This document shows, piece after piece, positions 62,976-64,000 of a stretch of DNA of 64,000 nt. Both the position numbers and the translations under genes were made by a program. The notes under the pieces were generated by a model. That model saw only the letters and a program-made list of their open reading frames with translations, ran no database searches and was not told the origin of the DNA. Each line of letters begins with the position of its first letter. The first letter of the stretch is position 1. The DNA comes from Iphione sp. A-MEVVRFRX5 (taxonomy: Eukaryota): NCBI GenBank assembly GCA_976226885.1, contig OZ320321.1, forward strand, positions 62,310,001 to 62,374,000, given 5' to 3'.

Positions 62976-64000
62976 CTGAAGAAAAAGTAAGATTCGTGAC
63001 ACTAACACTAAATGCGTCACTCTCTGTCTGATGCAAAATATACTGAAACACAAATGCATTTTGCTCTACAGGTCATTAAATACTTCACCTGATATTGAGG
63101 TTAGTAGTTATACTCTCCAGCACTCTAGCACGAGCTTGTATGAGGAGGGGGAGGGGGCTACACATCATTGAATAGTTCACCTGATATTGAGGTTAATAGA
63201 GGTTTGTACTCTACGTAGTAACCCGGGTTTACAAACCTGGGAGAGACACAGCCTCGTCTTACCAAGTAGAGCATGTACTGCTTTAATGAATGGAGTTCTG
63301 TTTACCATCTGTTTAACACGGCATGAACTCGCTCGATGATTGAACTGATCATGACATTATTATATGTACCAATATCACGACTCAAAGGACATTTGTCGGT
63401 AAAAAGATGCTTTCTGAACAGTCCATATCCGAACACAAAGAGAAACAACCTAACTATATCCTTAGCATAATAAAAAAATACTTCGTTATCCGAACAGATT
63501 CATTAACCGAACACATTCAGAGGCAATGGCCAGCCGTTCGGTAAGCACGGGATGACTGATATTACCATAGTAACAGTAGGAAAGTTATGGGAGAAGGTAT
63601 GGCAAAGTAGGGGAAGACATGGTGACTGTGGGAAAGGCCTTCCCTTTTCCCTCCTTCTACCTTCCTTTCCCGTCTCCCTTTCACACTTGCACTACCATAA
63701 CAGGTTTGCCTACTTGTCTGTACGGTGATTACCATTTAGGATTTATTAGATCATCATCGCCACCACAACAACATAAGAACGAATAAGGGACGAATTTCTT
63801 TTTTCGGATACCACATGATGATGAAGTGTTTAACAATACACACAATTTAAAGATAAGATCCTTACCCTTTTGTAAGGTTTTTGATGTGTAAAATGCTAAC
63901 CGCGCCATGCTATAAATGATACTGGCAAAATGGATGCCATAGTTTCAAACTAGAACATCTTAAGCAGACGATGAGCTACCATAAGGGAAACTGAGTCTAG

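Overview
AT-rich animal (invertebrate-like, bilaterian) genomic DNA dominated by transposon relics. Host-like coding sequence is limited to three items. (i) An intronless rhodopsin-family GPCR (40194-41603, -). (ii) A GC3-rich intronless ORF (likely start 36857, to 37738, +) behind a TATA box. It resembles the gag/ORF1 of DIRS/Ngaro retrotransposons but has no linked RT or recombinase, so it is a candidate domesticated gene. (iii) An orphan terminal exon (62691-62975, -). The best-preserved mobile element is a ~5.3 kb Penelope-like element (PLE, Neptune-like; 26075-31368). It has ~364-bp direct repeats, each carrying a hammerhead-ribozyme core, and a 7-11 bp target-site duplication. Its two open ORFs meet at an in-frame A_AAA_AAC slippery heptamer, and it is nested in the endonuclease domain of a dead RTE-type LINE. 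Also present: a decayed Ngaro-type tyrosine-recombinase retrotransposon with split direct repeats (48244-52052), a solo LTR inserted into one arm of an inverted tRNA-like repeat pair, several MITE families, minisatellites and CTCF-like motifs. All family assignments come from motif recognition by eye; no searches were run.
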